DNA of 64,000 nt, taken from NCBI RefSeq assembly GCF_009914755.1, contig NC_060947.1; one strand, 5' to 3'. Source of the DNA: the human T2T-CHM13v2.0 reference genome, Homo sapiens. Shown piece by piece: positions 40,305 to 54,258 of this stretch. The notes under the pieces are model-generated. The model was not told the DNA's origin. It saw only the letters and a program-made list of their open reading frames with translations, and did not search any database. Each line of letters begins with the position of its first letter. Position 1 is the first letter of the stretch. The translations under genes and the position numbers were made by a program.

Positions 40305-40960
40305 AAACACGGAATCTTAGAGTTGGATAACCAGAAATTAACAATTTTTTAATCTCACATTTGATATATTTGTTTATTCAACAAATTCCTGTTCAACAGC
40401 TATGCTGTGCCCAGCCATGTGCTAAGGTGCTAGAGATTCAGAGATAGGATTCATTTCTAACTCTCTGAAAAGCTGAATATTTCAAACTATGGGGACTTCA
40501 GTGACTCCTCCTAAAGTCATCCATTTCATTTTCAGTCTCCCTGGTAATTATATTTCTTTTTTCTTATGTTAAGCCTAAAGTCATTTACCTGCCATTTCGC
40601 ACAACCCTTCTAGCTTTGTTCTCTGGGCAACACTTAATAAGTCTATCTTATATTATAAATTTTAAAAGGCTCAACATTGCATTTGGTCTGTATCAGGTAC
40701 TCAGTAATGATTTGTCTAATGAGCAAATAAAACTCGAATTGAGCTCTCATCCTCAAGCTCCAATTCTCTTTTCTAAACAAGTTCATTACTGATTTCTTGA
40801 CTAAACAACCCCAGTTGGATCAAACATCACTAATGTGACATATTATTCAATCCTCAACAACATTTCTAATTGCTTTCCTTTGACATTTTTAACTTGTTAC
40901 TATTATCTTAAAGTATGAGAATGAAACTATATACTCCCAGGATGACTTGAAGGTAGAAGA
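40305..40960 (-). mobile_element. L3/CR1 remnants with an L2 piece
   Basis: ttcttatgttaagcctaaag...ctagctttgttctctgggcaacac...; ctaaacaaccccagtt. Confidence 0.45.
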
Positions 40961-41399
40961 GATGGCCTGAAGCATATATGCTGTTTTTCTCACACTTTAT
41001 TCTAGTCGCCTCTATCTGCTATATTTCAATTTATCAAATGTTTACACTGAGATAGAACTTATAGCTTGTTAATTTTAACTTATTCTTTATAGCTGAAAAA
41101 GTGAAATGCTGAATTATTTGCCCAAGTTCACACAATTAATTAACAGTAGAATTCACCAGTGCCTTTCAAATTAGGAGTGTTATTGATTAGATAGGGAGTA
41201 TTTTGGAAAAGTCTGTCAGGATGCTTACTGGAGTTAAGTGGGTAAGAGCCAGCAATGCTAAAATTGAACAACATCCAGGAAGGTTTGCCCCATCTGAAAT
41301 GAAAATAGAACCCCCAATGAGAAACTGCAAGCTCAGGTATGATGACTCTTACCTGCAGCATCATTCAAAATGATAATTTTGAGAACTCTGGTAAATTGA

Positions 41400-41794
41400 A
41401 TTACAAGCCTCAAATTTTCAACATACCCTGTAGCTTCCATGTATCACTGTAGTTCCCACACAAAAGCAGTCACATGCCCCCCAGCCTTTTACATTTGGAC
41501 TTGATCATGTGACTTGCTTTGGCTAATGGGATGTGAACAGACCTAATGCAAAGCAGGTACTTCAACTGTGCTCACAAAATTGGATGTGCTCTATTTTGCT
41601 TATCTTATCATCACCAGAAAACTGTACTTTAATTAAGCCACTTGCCTCAGAGAAAGATGAGAAACACATGGAAATGAATATCCTTGTTACCACCACTGAG
41701 CCAGCCTAGTAATCTAATATGAAAATGTGAAATAAACGTTTATTATTATATACCACTGAGATTTTCTTGTTCTACAACAATAGCTGATTGATAT
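41400..41794 (+). mobile_element. MLT1 (I/J-like) MaLR LTR
   Basis: catgtgacttgctttggctaatggg; aataaacgtttattattatataccactgagatt...caatagctgattgatata. Confidence 0.75.
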
Positions 41795-41824
41795 AAAACT
41801 CACAAAAATCTAGTGATTTGAACA

Positions 41825-41990
41825 CTGTTTCCCAATGTGTGTTACATGATAGTAGCCTCCTAAGATGCTCTCAAGTTTGGTACAGGTAGAAAACCCCATG
41901 ATCAAAGAACTTCAGGAAAGAATGCTTAATTTTTCATACAACATATTATTCAGAAGTTCTACTGAAAAAAAGTGTTATAAGTTTTTTTTT
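41825..41990. mobile_element. MER103-like hAT fragment
   Basis: cactgtttcccaa start; ccccatgatcaaagaacttcaggaaa. Confidence 0.45.
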
Positions 41991-44732
41991 TCAATCTATT
42001 TGGAGCAGCCTAAAAAGAAAAGAACTGAAAATTAGCCTGAAATAAGCCTCAAAACACAGAACATTGTTGACAAAAGGAAAATCATTGAACCACATTAATA
42101 GTGAAAAAAAGGGTAAAAATTCAAAGAACTTGTTTAGTCCCACAGATAAGGAGACTGGAAGTCATCTCTCTATCCTAACAACAAGAAAAAGCTGAAAAAA
42201 CTGAAAAATCAATAACTTTTCTTAGATCTGTAAGAGAAGTGAGTCTGTAGGGCAAACTGCTGTCCCCGAATTGGAGACAGGTGAATACAGAGACACAGCT
42301 TACTGAAGCAGAAACCTGTAAGTAGAAACCTTTGTGGGTACTACTACCAGAGTAGGAAAACCGGAACTGTAATTAACAAATTGCTGGAGGCTCAAGTTGG
42401 ACAAATTTGAAGGTAGAAAACTCCAGGGGAACTCAGTGGGGGTTGGGGGTCTGCATGTTTTTGCAAGTTTTACTTCCAAGAGCTTGACCAGGTTCTGACA
42501 GAGAATATTGGAGAAAAATACCTCTGTGCTTCTGGCAATAGTAGAGAAAAAATGGACACTTTGAAATATGCCAGAGCATTCTGTTCTTTTAAATGAGTCC
42601 TACCCTCAGGAAAAATTGTTTAACTAGAACCTGCACTATTAGAGCTTTTTCAGAGCCTAAAAGACCCGTGAGAAGGGAAATACCCAATTCCAGTCCCTTC
42701 CAACCATCTTGTCCCATATAAGGGAGAAAAATTTTTAAAAATTGAGAAACATTTATGAAGTACACAGTCCAGGGGCATAGACTCAATTAAAGATGGGAAC
42801 TAATTATAGAATTATAGAACACTTCCATCCCCCCCGATTACTTTAGTAATTTACCACCACATTACTAAAAGCCTATTTGCAATAGTTTCTTTTACCCAGT
42901 ACATCAAGTCTGGGTATCAACTAAAAGCTACAAGACATACTAAATGGTAAAAAGCGTAGTTTGAAAAGACAAAACAAGCATCAGAACCAGACTCAGCTAC
43001 TGCAGGGATGTTGGAATTTTCAGACTGGGGATTTAAAATAGCTATAATGAATACACTAAGGTCTTTAGTAAATAGTCATTATGCAAATATGACAGAGAGA
43101 TGGAAATTCTAAGAATAAAAAAACGAGATTAAAAACACTGTAACAGACATAATGAATGCCTTTGATGGGCTTATGAATAGACTGGCATAGATTAAGAAAG
43201 AATCTCTGAGCTTGAGGATATCTCAGTAGAAACCTTCAAAACTGAAAAGCAAAGAGAAACAAAAATTACTACAGTAAAGACCAGAACAGAGTATACAGTA
43301 AGTGTGGGACAACTACACAAGGTGTAAAATACAGGTAATGGGATACAAGAAGGAGAAGAGACACAGAAAGGAACATAAGAAATACTTGAAGTATGGACTG
43401 GGCTGGCAAGATGGCCATATAGGAACAGCTCTGGTCTGCAGCTCCCACTGAGATCAATGCAGAAGGCAGGTAATTTCTGCATTTCCAACTGAGGTACATG
43501 GCTCATCTCATTGGGACTGGTTAGACAGTGGGTGCAGCCCACGGAGGGCAAGCTGAAGCAGGGTGGGGCGTTGCCTCACCTGGGAAGTGCAAGTGGTCGG
43601 GAAACTCCCTACCCTAGCCAAGGGAAGCCATGAGGGACTGTGCCATGAGGAACAGCGTATTCCAGCCCAGATACTACGCTTTTCTCATGGCCTTAGCAAC
43701 TCGCAGACCAGGAGATTCCCTCTGGTGCCTACATCACCAGGGCCCTGGGTTTCAAGCAAAAAACTGGGAGGCCATTTGGGCAGACACTGAGCAAGCTACA
43801 GGAGTCTTTTTTCATACCCCAGTGGTGCCAGGAACGCCAGTGAGACAGAACCATTCACTCCCCTGGAAAGGGGGCTGAAGCCAGGGAGCCAAATGGTCTA
43901 GCTCAGCAGATTCCACCACCACAAAGCCCAGCAAGCTAAGATCCACTAGCTTGAAATTCTCCTGCCAGGACCGCAGTCTGAAGTCAACCTGAGATGCTCA
44001 AGATTGGTGGGGGGAGAGGCGTCCACCATTACTGAGGCTTGAGTAGGCAGTTTTCCCCTCACAGTGTAAACAAAGCCACCAGGAAGCTTGAACAGGGCAG
44101 AGCCCACCACAGTGCCACAAAGCCACTGTAGCCAGACTGCCTCGCTAGAATCCTCCCCTCTGGGCAGGGCATCTCTGAAAGAAAGGCAGCAGCCCCAGTC
44201 AGGGACTTATAGATCAAACTCCCATCTCCCTGGGACAGAGCACCTGGGAGAAAGGGTGGCTGTGGGTGCAGCTTCAGCAACTTAAAAGTTCCTGCCTGCT
44301 GGCTCTGAAGAGAGTAGCGGATCTCTCGACACAGGGCTTGAGCACTGCTAAGGGACAGACAGCCTCCTCAAGTGGGTCCCTGACCCCCGTGCCTCCTGAC
44401 TGGGAGATACCTCCCAGCAGGGGTCAATAGATAGCTCACAGAGAAGAGCTCCAGCTGGCATCTGGTAGGTGCCCCTCTGGGACAAAGCTACCAGAGGAAG
44501 GAACAGGCAGCAATCTTTGCTGTTCTGCAGCCTCTGCTGGTGATACTCAGGAAAATAGGGTCTGGAGTGTACCTCCAGCAAACTCTAGCAGACCTGCAGC
44601 AGAGGGGCCTTCCTGTTAGAAGGAAAACTAACAGAAAGGAATAGCATCAACATCAACAAAAAGGACATCTACACAAAAACTTCATCCGAAGGTCACCAAC
44701 ATGAAAGATCAAAGGTAGATAAATCCATGAAG

Positions 44733-45757
44733 ATGAGGAAAAACCAGTACAAAAAGGCTGAAAATTCCAAAAACCAGAATGCCTCTTCTCTTCCGAAGAA
44801 TCACAACTCCTTGCCAGCAAGGGAACAAAACTGGATGGAGTTTGAGTTTAACGAATTGACAGAAGTAGGCTTCAGAAGGTAGGTAATAACAAACTCCTCC
44901 AAGTTAAAGAAGCATGCTCTAATGCAATGCTAGGAGGCCAAGAACCTTAAAAAAAGGTTAGAGGAATTGCTAACTAGAATAACCAGTTTAGAGAAGAACT
45001 TAAATGAACTGATGGGGCTGTAAGACTCAGCATGAGAACTTCGTGAATCATACACAAGTATCAATAGCCGAATCAATCAAGTGGAAGAAAGGATATCAGT
45101 GATTGAAGATCAACTTAATGAAATAAAGTGTGAAGACACGATTAGAGAAAAAATAATGAGAAGGAATGAACAAAGCCTCCAAGAAATATGGGACTATGTG
45201 AAAAGACTAAACCTATATTTGATTGGTGTACTGAAAGTGACAGGGAGAATGGAACCAAGTTTTGGAAAACACTCTTCAGGATATTATCCAGGAGAAGGTC
45301 CCCAACCTAGCAAGAGAGGCCAACATTCAAATTCAGGAAATACAGAGAACACAACAAAGATATTCCACGAGAAGAGCAACCCCAAGATACATAATTGTCA
45401 GATTCACCAAGGTTGAAATGAAGGAAAAAATGTTAAGGGCAGCCAGAGAGAAAGGTTGGGTTACTCACAAAGGGAAGCCCATCAGACTAACAGTGGATCT
45501 CTTGGTAGAAACCCTACAAGCCAGAAGAGAGTGGGGACCAATATTCAAATTCTTAAAGAAAATAATTTTCAACCCAGAATTTCATATCCAGCAAAACTAA
45601 GTTTCATAAGTGAAGGAGAAATAAAATCTTTTATAGACAAGCAAATGCTGAGAGATTTTGTCACCACCAGGCCTGCCTTACAAGAGCTCCTGAGGGAAGC
45701 AGTAAATATGGAAAGGAAAAACTGGTACCAGCTACTGCAAAACATACCAGATTGTGA
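44733..45757 (+). pseudogene. L1 ORF1p, disrupted
   Basis: Fragments RNEQSLQEIWDYVKR, RRATPRYIIVRF and FQPRISYPAKLSF in different frames, with stops. Confidence 0.92.
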
Positions 45758-45817
45758 AGACCATCAACACTATGAAGAAACTGCATCAACTAACAGGCCA
45801 AATAATCAGATAGCATC

Positions 45818-48800
45818 ATGACAGGATCAAATTCACACATAACAATATTAACCTTAAATGTAAACGTGCTAAATGCCTCAAATAAAAGACACAGACTAGC
45901 AAATTGGATAAAGAGTCAAGACCTATCAGTGTGCTGTATTCAGGAGACTCATCTCACATGCAAAGACACACATAGTCCCAAAATAAAGGGAGGGAGGAAT
46001 GTTCACCAAGCAAATGGAAAGCAAAAAAAAAAAAAAAAAAAAAAAGCAGGGGTTGCAACCCTAGTCTCTGATAAAACAGACTTTAAACAAGCAAAGATCA
46101 AAAAAGACAAAGTAGGACATTACATAATGGTAAAGGGATCAATGCAACAAGAAGAGCTAACTATCCTAAATATATATGCACCCAATACAGGAGCACTCAG
46201 ATTCATAAAGCAAGTTCTTAGAGGCCTACAAAGAGACTTAGACTTGCACACAATAATAGTGGGAGACTTTAACACTCCTCTGTCAATATTAGATCAATGA
46301 GACAGAAAATTAACCAAGATATTCAGGACTTGAACTCAGCTCTGGACTAAGTGGACCTAATAGACATCTACAGAACTCTCCACTACAAATCAACAGAATA
46401 TACACTCTTCTCAGCACCACATCACACTTATTCTAAAATCGGCCACATAATTGGAAGTAAAACACTCCTCAGAAAATGCAAAAGAACAGAAATGATAACA
46501 AACAGTCTCTCAGACCACAATGCAATCAAATTAGAACTCAGGATTAAGAAACTCACTAAAAACTGCACAACTATGTGGAAACTGAACAACCTGGTAAAAA
46601 ACAAAGTTAAGGCAGAAATAAATAAGTTATTTGAAACCAATGAGATAAAAGACAGAATGTACCAGAATATCTGGGACACAGCTAAAGCAGCATTTAGAGG
46701 GAAATTTATAGCACTAAATGCCCCTGGAGAAAATGGGAAAGATCTATAATTGACACCCTAACATCACAATCAGAAGAACTAGAGAAGCAAGAGCAAACAA
46801 ATTCAAAAGTATCAGAAGACAAGAAATAACTAAGATCAGAGCAGAAATGAAGGAGAGAGACACACAAAAAACCCTTCAAAAAATCAGTGAATCCAGGAGC
46901 TGGTTTATTGAAAAGATTAACAAAATAGATAGACCACGAGCCAGGCTAATAAAAAAGAAAAGAGAGAAGAATCAAATAGACACAATAAAAAATAGTAAAG
47001 GGGATATCACCACTGATCCCACAGAAATACAAACTACCATCAGAGAATACTAGAAACACCTCTATTCAAATAAACTAGAAAATCTAAAAGAAATGGATAC
47101 ATTCCTGGACATATACACCCTCCCAAGACTAAACCAGGAAGATGTCAAGTCCCTGAATAGACTAATAACAAGTTCTGAAATTGAGGCAGTAATTAATAGC
47201 CTACCAACCAAAAAACGTCCCGGACCAGGTGGATTCACAGCCAAATTCTACTAGAGGTACAAAGAGGAGCTGGTACCATTTCTTCTGAAACTATTCCAAA
47301 CAACAGAAAAAGAGGGAATCCTCCTAACTCATTTTATGAGGCATCATCTTGTTACCAAAACCTGGCAGAGACACAACAAAAAAAGAAAATTTCAGGCCAA
47401 TATCCCTGATGAACATCGATGTGTAAATCCTCAATAAAATACTGGCAAACCGAAACCAGCAGCACATCAAAAAGCTTATCCACCATGATCAAGTCAGCTT
47501 CATACCTGGGAAGCAAGGCTGGTTCAACATACACAAATCAATAAACATAATCCATCACATAAACAGAGCCAATGATGAAAACCACATGATTATCTCAATA
47601 GATGCAGAAAAGACCTTCAACAAAATTCAACACCCCTTCATATTAAAAACTCTCAATAAACTATGTATCAATAGAATATATCTCAAAATAATAAGAGCTA
47701 TTTATGATAAACCCACAGCCAATATCATACTGAATGGGCAAAAACTGGAAGCATTCCTTTTGAAACCTGGCACAATACAAGGATGCCCTGTCTCACCACT
47801 CCTATTCAACATAGTATTGGGAGTTCTGGCCACAGCAATCAGGCAAGAGAAAGAAATAAAGGTATTCAAATAGGAAGAGAGGAAGTCAAATTGTCTCTTT
47901 TTGCAGATGACATGATCGTATATTTAGAAAACCCCATTGTCTCAGCCCAAAATCTCCTTAAGCTGATAAGCAACTTCAGCAAAGTCTCAGGATACAAAAT
48001 CAGTGTGTGCAAAACCCATAAGCATTCTTATACACCAATAACAGGCAGACAGAGAGCCAAATCCTGAGTGAACTCCCATTCTCAATTGCTACAAAGGGAA
48101 TAAAATACCTAGGAATACAACTTACAATGTATGTGAAGGACCTCTTCAAGGAGAACTACAAACCACTGCTCAAGGAAATAAGAGAGGACACAAACAAATG
48201 GGAAAACAGTCTGTGCTCATGGATAGGAAGAATCAATATCGTGAAAATGGCCATACTGCCCAAAGTAGTTTATAGATTCAATGTTATCCCCATCAAGCTA
48301 CCAGTGGCTTTCTTCACAGAATTGGAAAAATCTACTTTAAACTTCATATGGAACCAAAAAAGAGCCCACATAGCCAAGACAATTCTGGGCAAGAAGAACA
48401 AAGCTGGAGGCATCATGCTACCTGACTTCAAACTATACTACAAGGCTACAGTAACCAAAACAGCATGGTACTGGTACCAAAACAGATATGTAGACCAATG
48501 GGACAGAACAGAGACCTCAGAAATAACACTACATATCTACGACCATCTGATTTTTGACAAACCTGACACAAACAAGCAATGGGAAAAGATTCCCTATTTA
48601 ATAAATGGTGCTGGGAAAACTGGCTAGCCACATGCAGAAAACTGAAATGGACCCCTTCCTTACACCTTATACAAAAATCAACTCAAGATGGATTAAAGAC
48701 TTAAATGTAAAACCCACAACCATAAAATCCCTAGAAGAAAACCTAGGCAATACCATTCAGGACATAGGCATGGGCAAAGACTTCATGAGTAAAACATCAA

Positions 48801-50055
48801 AAGCAATAGCAACAAAATCCAAAATTAACAAATGGGATCTAATCAAACTAAAGAGCTTCTGCACAGCAAAAGAAAGTATCATCAGAGTTAACAGGCAATC
48901 TACAGAATGGGAGAAAATTTTTGCAATCTATCCATCTGACAAAGGACTAATATCCAGAATCTACAAAGAACTTAAACAAATTTGTAAGAAAAAAACAAAC
49001 AACCTGGTCAAAAAGTGGGCAAAGGATATAAACAGACACTTCTCAAAAGAAGACACTTATGCAGCCAACAAACATGAAAAAAAGCTCATCATCACTAGTC
49101 ATTAGAGAAATGCAAATCAAAACCACAATGAGATACCTACCATCTCATGCCAGTTAGAATGGCAATCATTAAAAAGTCAAGAAACAACAGATGCTTGAGA
49201 GGGTGGGGAGAAATAGTGAGAGGTGAGGCCAGCTGGACTTCCTGGGTCTAGTGGGGACTTGGGGAACTTTCCTGTCTTACAAGAGCTTTGTAAAATGCAC
49301 CAATCAGTGCTCTGTAAAACGCACCAATCAGCAGGATTCTAAAAGTAGCCAATCGTGGGGATGACTGAATAAAGGGCACTCTGATAGGACAGAAATGGAA
49401 CACTGGAGGGGACAATAAAGGAATAAAAGCTGGCCACCCCAGCCAGCAGCAGCAACCCGCTCAGGTCCCCTTTCAAACTGTGGAAGCTTTGTCCTTTCGC
49501 TCTTCACAATAAACCTTGCTACCACTCACACTTTGGGTCCGTGCCATTTTTAAGAGTTGTAACACCACGAAGGTCCGTGGCTCCATTCTTGAAGTCAGAA
49601 GGCCACAAACCCCCCCGGCAGGAATCAACTCTGGACACAACAGGAACGCTTTTACACTGCTGGTGGGAGTGCAAATTACTTCAACCATTGTGGAAGACAT
49701 TGTGGTGATTCCTTAAGGATCTAGAACCAGAAATACCATTTGACCCAGCAATCCCATTAACTGGGTATATACCCAAAGGATTATACATCATTCTACTATA
49801 AAGACACATGCACATGTATGTTTACTGCAGCACTATTCACAATAGCAAAGACTTGGAACCAACCCAAATGCCCATCAGTGATAGATTGGATAAAGAAAAT
49901 GTGGCACATATATATCATGGAGTACTATGCAGTCATAAAAAAGGATGAGTTCACTTTGCAGGGACATGGATGAAGCTGGAAACCATCATTCTCAGCAACT
50001 AACTTAGGAACAGAAAACCAAACACCAGATGTTCTCACTCATAAGTAGAAGTTGA
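45818..50055 (+). pseudogene. L1 ORF2p (endonuclease-RT), disrupted and LTR-interrupted
   Basis: MTGSNSHITILTLNVN start, [11 protein letters not shown] motif, [10 protein letters not shown] and [11 protein letters not shown] motifs; many frameshifts and stops. Confidence 0.95.
49217..49639 (+). mobile_element. LTR12F-like solo LTR (HERV9 family)
   Basis: tgagaggtgaggccagctgg...ctctggacaca; three CCAATC boxes; aataaaagctggcc TATA-like box; 4-bp TSD atag/acag. Confidence 0.9.
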
Positions 50056-50979
50056 ACAATGAGAACACATGAACACAGGGAGGAGAACATCACACATCAG
50101 GGCCTGTCGGGGGGTGGGGGGCTAAAGGAGGGATAGCATTGGGAGAAATATGTAATGTAGATGATGGGTTGATGGGTGCAGCAAACCACCATGGCACGTG
50201 TATATCTATGTAACAAACCTGCACATTCTGCACATGTATCCCAGAGCTTAAAGTATAATAAAATAAATAAATTAATTAATTAATTAAAAAAAAAATACTT
50301 GAAGCAATAATGACTGAGAATTTTTCCCAAATAGTAGCAGAAACAAAACTACAAATCCAGGAAGCTTAGAGAAAAACAAGTAGGATAAATGTTGACAAAA
50401 GTATTCCTAGGTATTTTCTGCTATTATATTTAAATAGCAGAAAATCACTGATAAAGAAATAATCCTGAAAGAAGCCAGAGGAAAAAAACAGCTTACTTAG
50501 AGAGAAGCAAAGATAATAATTATATCAAACTTCTCAGAAAGTGTGCAAAGCAAGAGAAGAGTGGAATGAAATATTTAAATGGTAAAGGAGTAAATATTAT
50601 CTACCCAGAATTCTGTATTCTGTAAAATTATCCTTCGAATAAAGACTTTCTCAGCAAATAAAATTAAGGAAATTTGTTCCCAGTAGATATGTCTTGCAAG
50701 AAATGGTAAAAGAAGTTCCTTAGAGAGAAAGAAAATGATGTAGGTCAGAAACTCAGAGCTATGTAAAGAACAGAAGAGCATATCGAAGAAGCAATAAATG
50801 AGGGTAAAATAAAAACTTGATTTTTAAAATTCTTAATTGAGCTAATAAATATCAATTTGTTCAAAATAATAGGAGCAACAATTAGGATTATTTTGTTACT
50901 CTAAGGCGTTCATACTACCCATAAAGCAATATAGTATTATTTAATAGTGGACATGGATTAGTTATAAATGCATATTGCA

Positions 50980-51300
<321 letters not shown>

Positions 51301-53754
51301 ATATGTATATTGCATACTCTAGGGCAACAACTAAAAAAAATTTAAAAATGGAAATGTAACTTATATGCTAAAAAAAAGAGAGAAAATGGAATCATATAAA
51401 ATGTCCAATTAAAACCACAAAAGGCAGAAAAAAGGTGAAAGACAAAAATAGGAGCAAAGAACAAGGGCAACAAATAATAGCAACTATGGTAGATATTAAT
51501 CTAACTGTATCAATAATCACTTTCAATGTCAATGGCCTAAAGGCACCAACTAAAAAACAGAAGTTGTCACAATAGATCAAAAAAGAAGACCCACTTCTAT
51601 GTTGTCTACAAGAAACCCACCTTAGATATAAAGAAAAATACATATTAAAAGTAAATAGATAAAGAAATATATTCCATGCTAAAACTAAAGAAAAGAAAGC
51701 AGAAGTAGTTTTATTAATTTCGGAGAAGGTAGAGTTCAGAGAAAGGAAATAGAGAGGAGCATTATATAAAAATAAAGCAGTCCATTCTCCAAGAAGACAT
51801 GACAATCCTCAACTCTATTTGCCTAAGAAAAGAGCATCAAGATACATGAGGCAGAAATTGATAGAATTGCAAGAAATGAATGAATCCACTATTATAGTTG
51901 GAGAAATCAATACCCTTCTATCAGAAATGATCAGATCAAGCAAGCAAAACCAGTTATGCCACAGGTAAAGTCAACAACATCATCAATCAATTGCATATAA
52001 TTGACATCTACAGACTACTTCATTTAACAACAGAAGAATACACATTCTTCCGAAGTGCACGTGAAACTTTCACTAAGATAGACGACGTTCTTGACAATAA
52101 AACAACTCTTAAAAATTTTAAAATAATAGAAATTATACAGTGCCTGCTCACTTGCTCTCAGGTCACAGAAATCAATAAGAGAATGACAGGTAGAAAATCC
52201 CAAATCACTCGGAGATTAAACAACATGCTTCTAAATAAGATACGGGTTAGAAGAGAAATCTCAAGAGACATATAAAAACATTTTGAAACAAAGGATGGCT
52301 AGTCAAAATCACTGGGATGCAGCAAAGCAGTGTATAAAGAGACATTTATAGCACTGAATACATACATTAGTAAATAAGATCAAAAAGCAATCTAAGCTTC
52401 CACATTAGGAAACTAGAAAAGTAAGTGCAAATCCAATCCCAAGTAAGAAGAAGAAAATAAATAATAAAAATTAGAGCAGAAAGCAATGAAATTAAAAACA
52501 GGAAATCAATAGAGAAACCCAATGAAACCAAAAGCTAGTTCTTGAAATGGACAATAAAACCAATAAGCTTCTAGCCAGGGTAACTAACATTTAAAAAGAG
52601 GACACAAATTACTAATATCAGAAATGTAACACAGGCGATTGGTACAGATGACCTGGACCTTGAATAATTAAAGAATATTATGAACAACTTTATGCCCACA
52701 AATTTAATACACTAGATGAAATGGACCAGTTCCTTGAAAGACACCATCTGCCAAAACTCACAACCTGAGTAGGCCTATATCTAATAAATAAATTTAATCA
52801 GTAAATTATAACTTTCTCAGACAGAAAGCACCAGGCCCAGATAGGTTCACTGATAAATTCTACCAAACATTTAAGGAAAATTCATACCCATTCTTTACAA
52901 TTTTTTTCAGAAGATAGAAGCAACGGGAATACATCCAATTCGTTCTGTGTCCTATATCATAGTAATATTAAAACCAGATAGAGACATTACAAGAAAACTA
53001 CAGATCAATATCTCTCGTGAACACAGACACAAAAATCCTCAGCAAAGTATTAGCAAATTTAATCCAATATAGTATTAAAAGAATTATATACCATGACTAA
53101 GTGGTTTTTTCCCAGGAATGCAAGGCTGGTTTCACATTTGAAAATCAATTAAGGTGATCAATCACATTAATAGGCTAAAGAAAAAAAATGCATGTTAATA
53201 TCAATAGATTCAGAAAAAGCATTTGAAAAATCTAATACCCATTTATGACAAAAACTCTCAGTAAACTGAGTATAGAAGGGTAATTTTTTCAACTTGATAA
53301 AGAGTACCTTTAAAACACTTATAGTTAATATCATACTTAAAGGTGAGAAACTAAAAGCTTTCCCACTAAGATAGAGAACAAGGTAAGGATGTCCCCTCTC
53401 ACTACTTTACAACATCACATTGGAAGTCCTAGCTAATGCAGTAAGACAAGAAAAGAAAATAAAACGTATACTGATAGGGAAGGAAGAAATTAAACTGTAA
53501 TTTTTGCAGATGACATGATTTTATATGTAGAAAAAGAAATCCTTGGAACTAATAAGCAATTATAGCAAGGTTACAGGATACAAAGTCAATATACAAAAGT
53601 CAATTGCTTTTCTATATACCAGCAATGAACAACTGAAATTTGAAATTAAAACACAATATCCTTTATATTACCAACACCCCAAATTAAATACTTAGGCTTA
53701 ATTTCAACAAAATATGTACAAGATCTACTTGAGAAAATTACAAAACTATTTTTA

Positions 53755-54258
53755 TATGAAGATTTCCTATACCTTATGTTCATTGCAGCGTTGTTCATAA
53801 TACCCAAGATTTTGAATCAACCTAAGTGTCTATCAACAGTTGATTGGAAAAAGAAAAGTGTAGTACACATACACCATGTAATATGATGCAGCCATAAAAA
53901 AGAATGAAATTATGTCTCTTGCAGCAACATGGATGGAGTTGTAGGCCATTATCCTAAGTGAATTAAATCAGAAACAGAAAATCAAATTATTGCATGTTCT
54001 CATGCAATATTCTCATTCAAAATGTTCTAAGTAGGAGATAAACAATGGATATACATAGACATAAAAATGGAAATAGTAGACACTGGGGTCTCCAAAGGGG
54101 GAGAGGATTTGGGGGGAGGGTTTAAAAAATTACCTATGAGGTATGGTATTCACTATTTTGGTGATGGGTACACTAGAAGCCCAAACCTTACCATTACTCA
54201 ATATATCCATGTAAAAAACCTGCATATGTACTCCCGAACCTAAAATTATTTTTAAAAA
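53755..54258 (+). mobile_element. L1PB4-like 3' fragment nested in the host L1 ORF2
   Basis: gtgatgggtacactagaagcccaaacc...tatatccatgtaaaaaacctgca; host ORF2 resumes at atgaaagaaatcaaag. Confidence 0.85.

Larger units (their letters stand above)
43394..50292 (+). mobile_element. full-length L1PA7 (inactive)
   Basis: L1P3-type 5'UTR (caagatggccatataggaacagctc), ORF1/ORF2 remnants, L1PA7-type 3'UTR, A/TTAA tail, TSD aaatacttgaagta / aaatacttgaagca. Confidence 0.93.

Noticed and set aside
43192-43551. 119-aa antisense ORF reading out of the L1PA7 5'UTR
   Set aside because: TTG start; generic antisense translation of L1 5'UTR plus host L1; no evidence of coding.
44733-50055. L1 ORF1/ORF2 peptides as functional genes
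   Set aside because: Multiple stops and frameshifts, an expanded A-run and an LTR insertion; the element is inactive.
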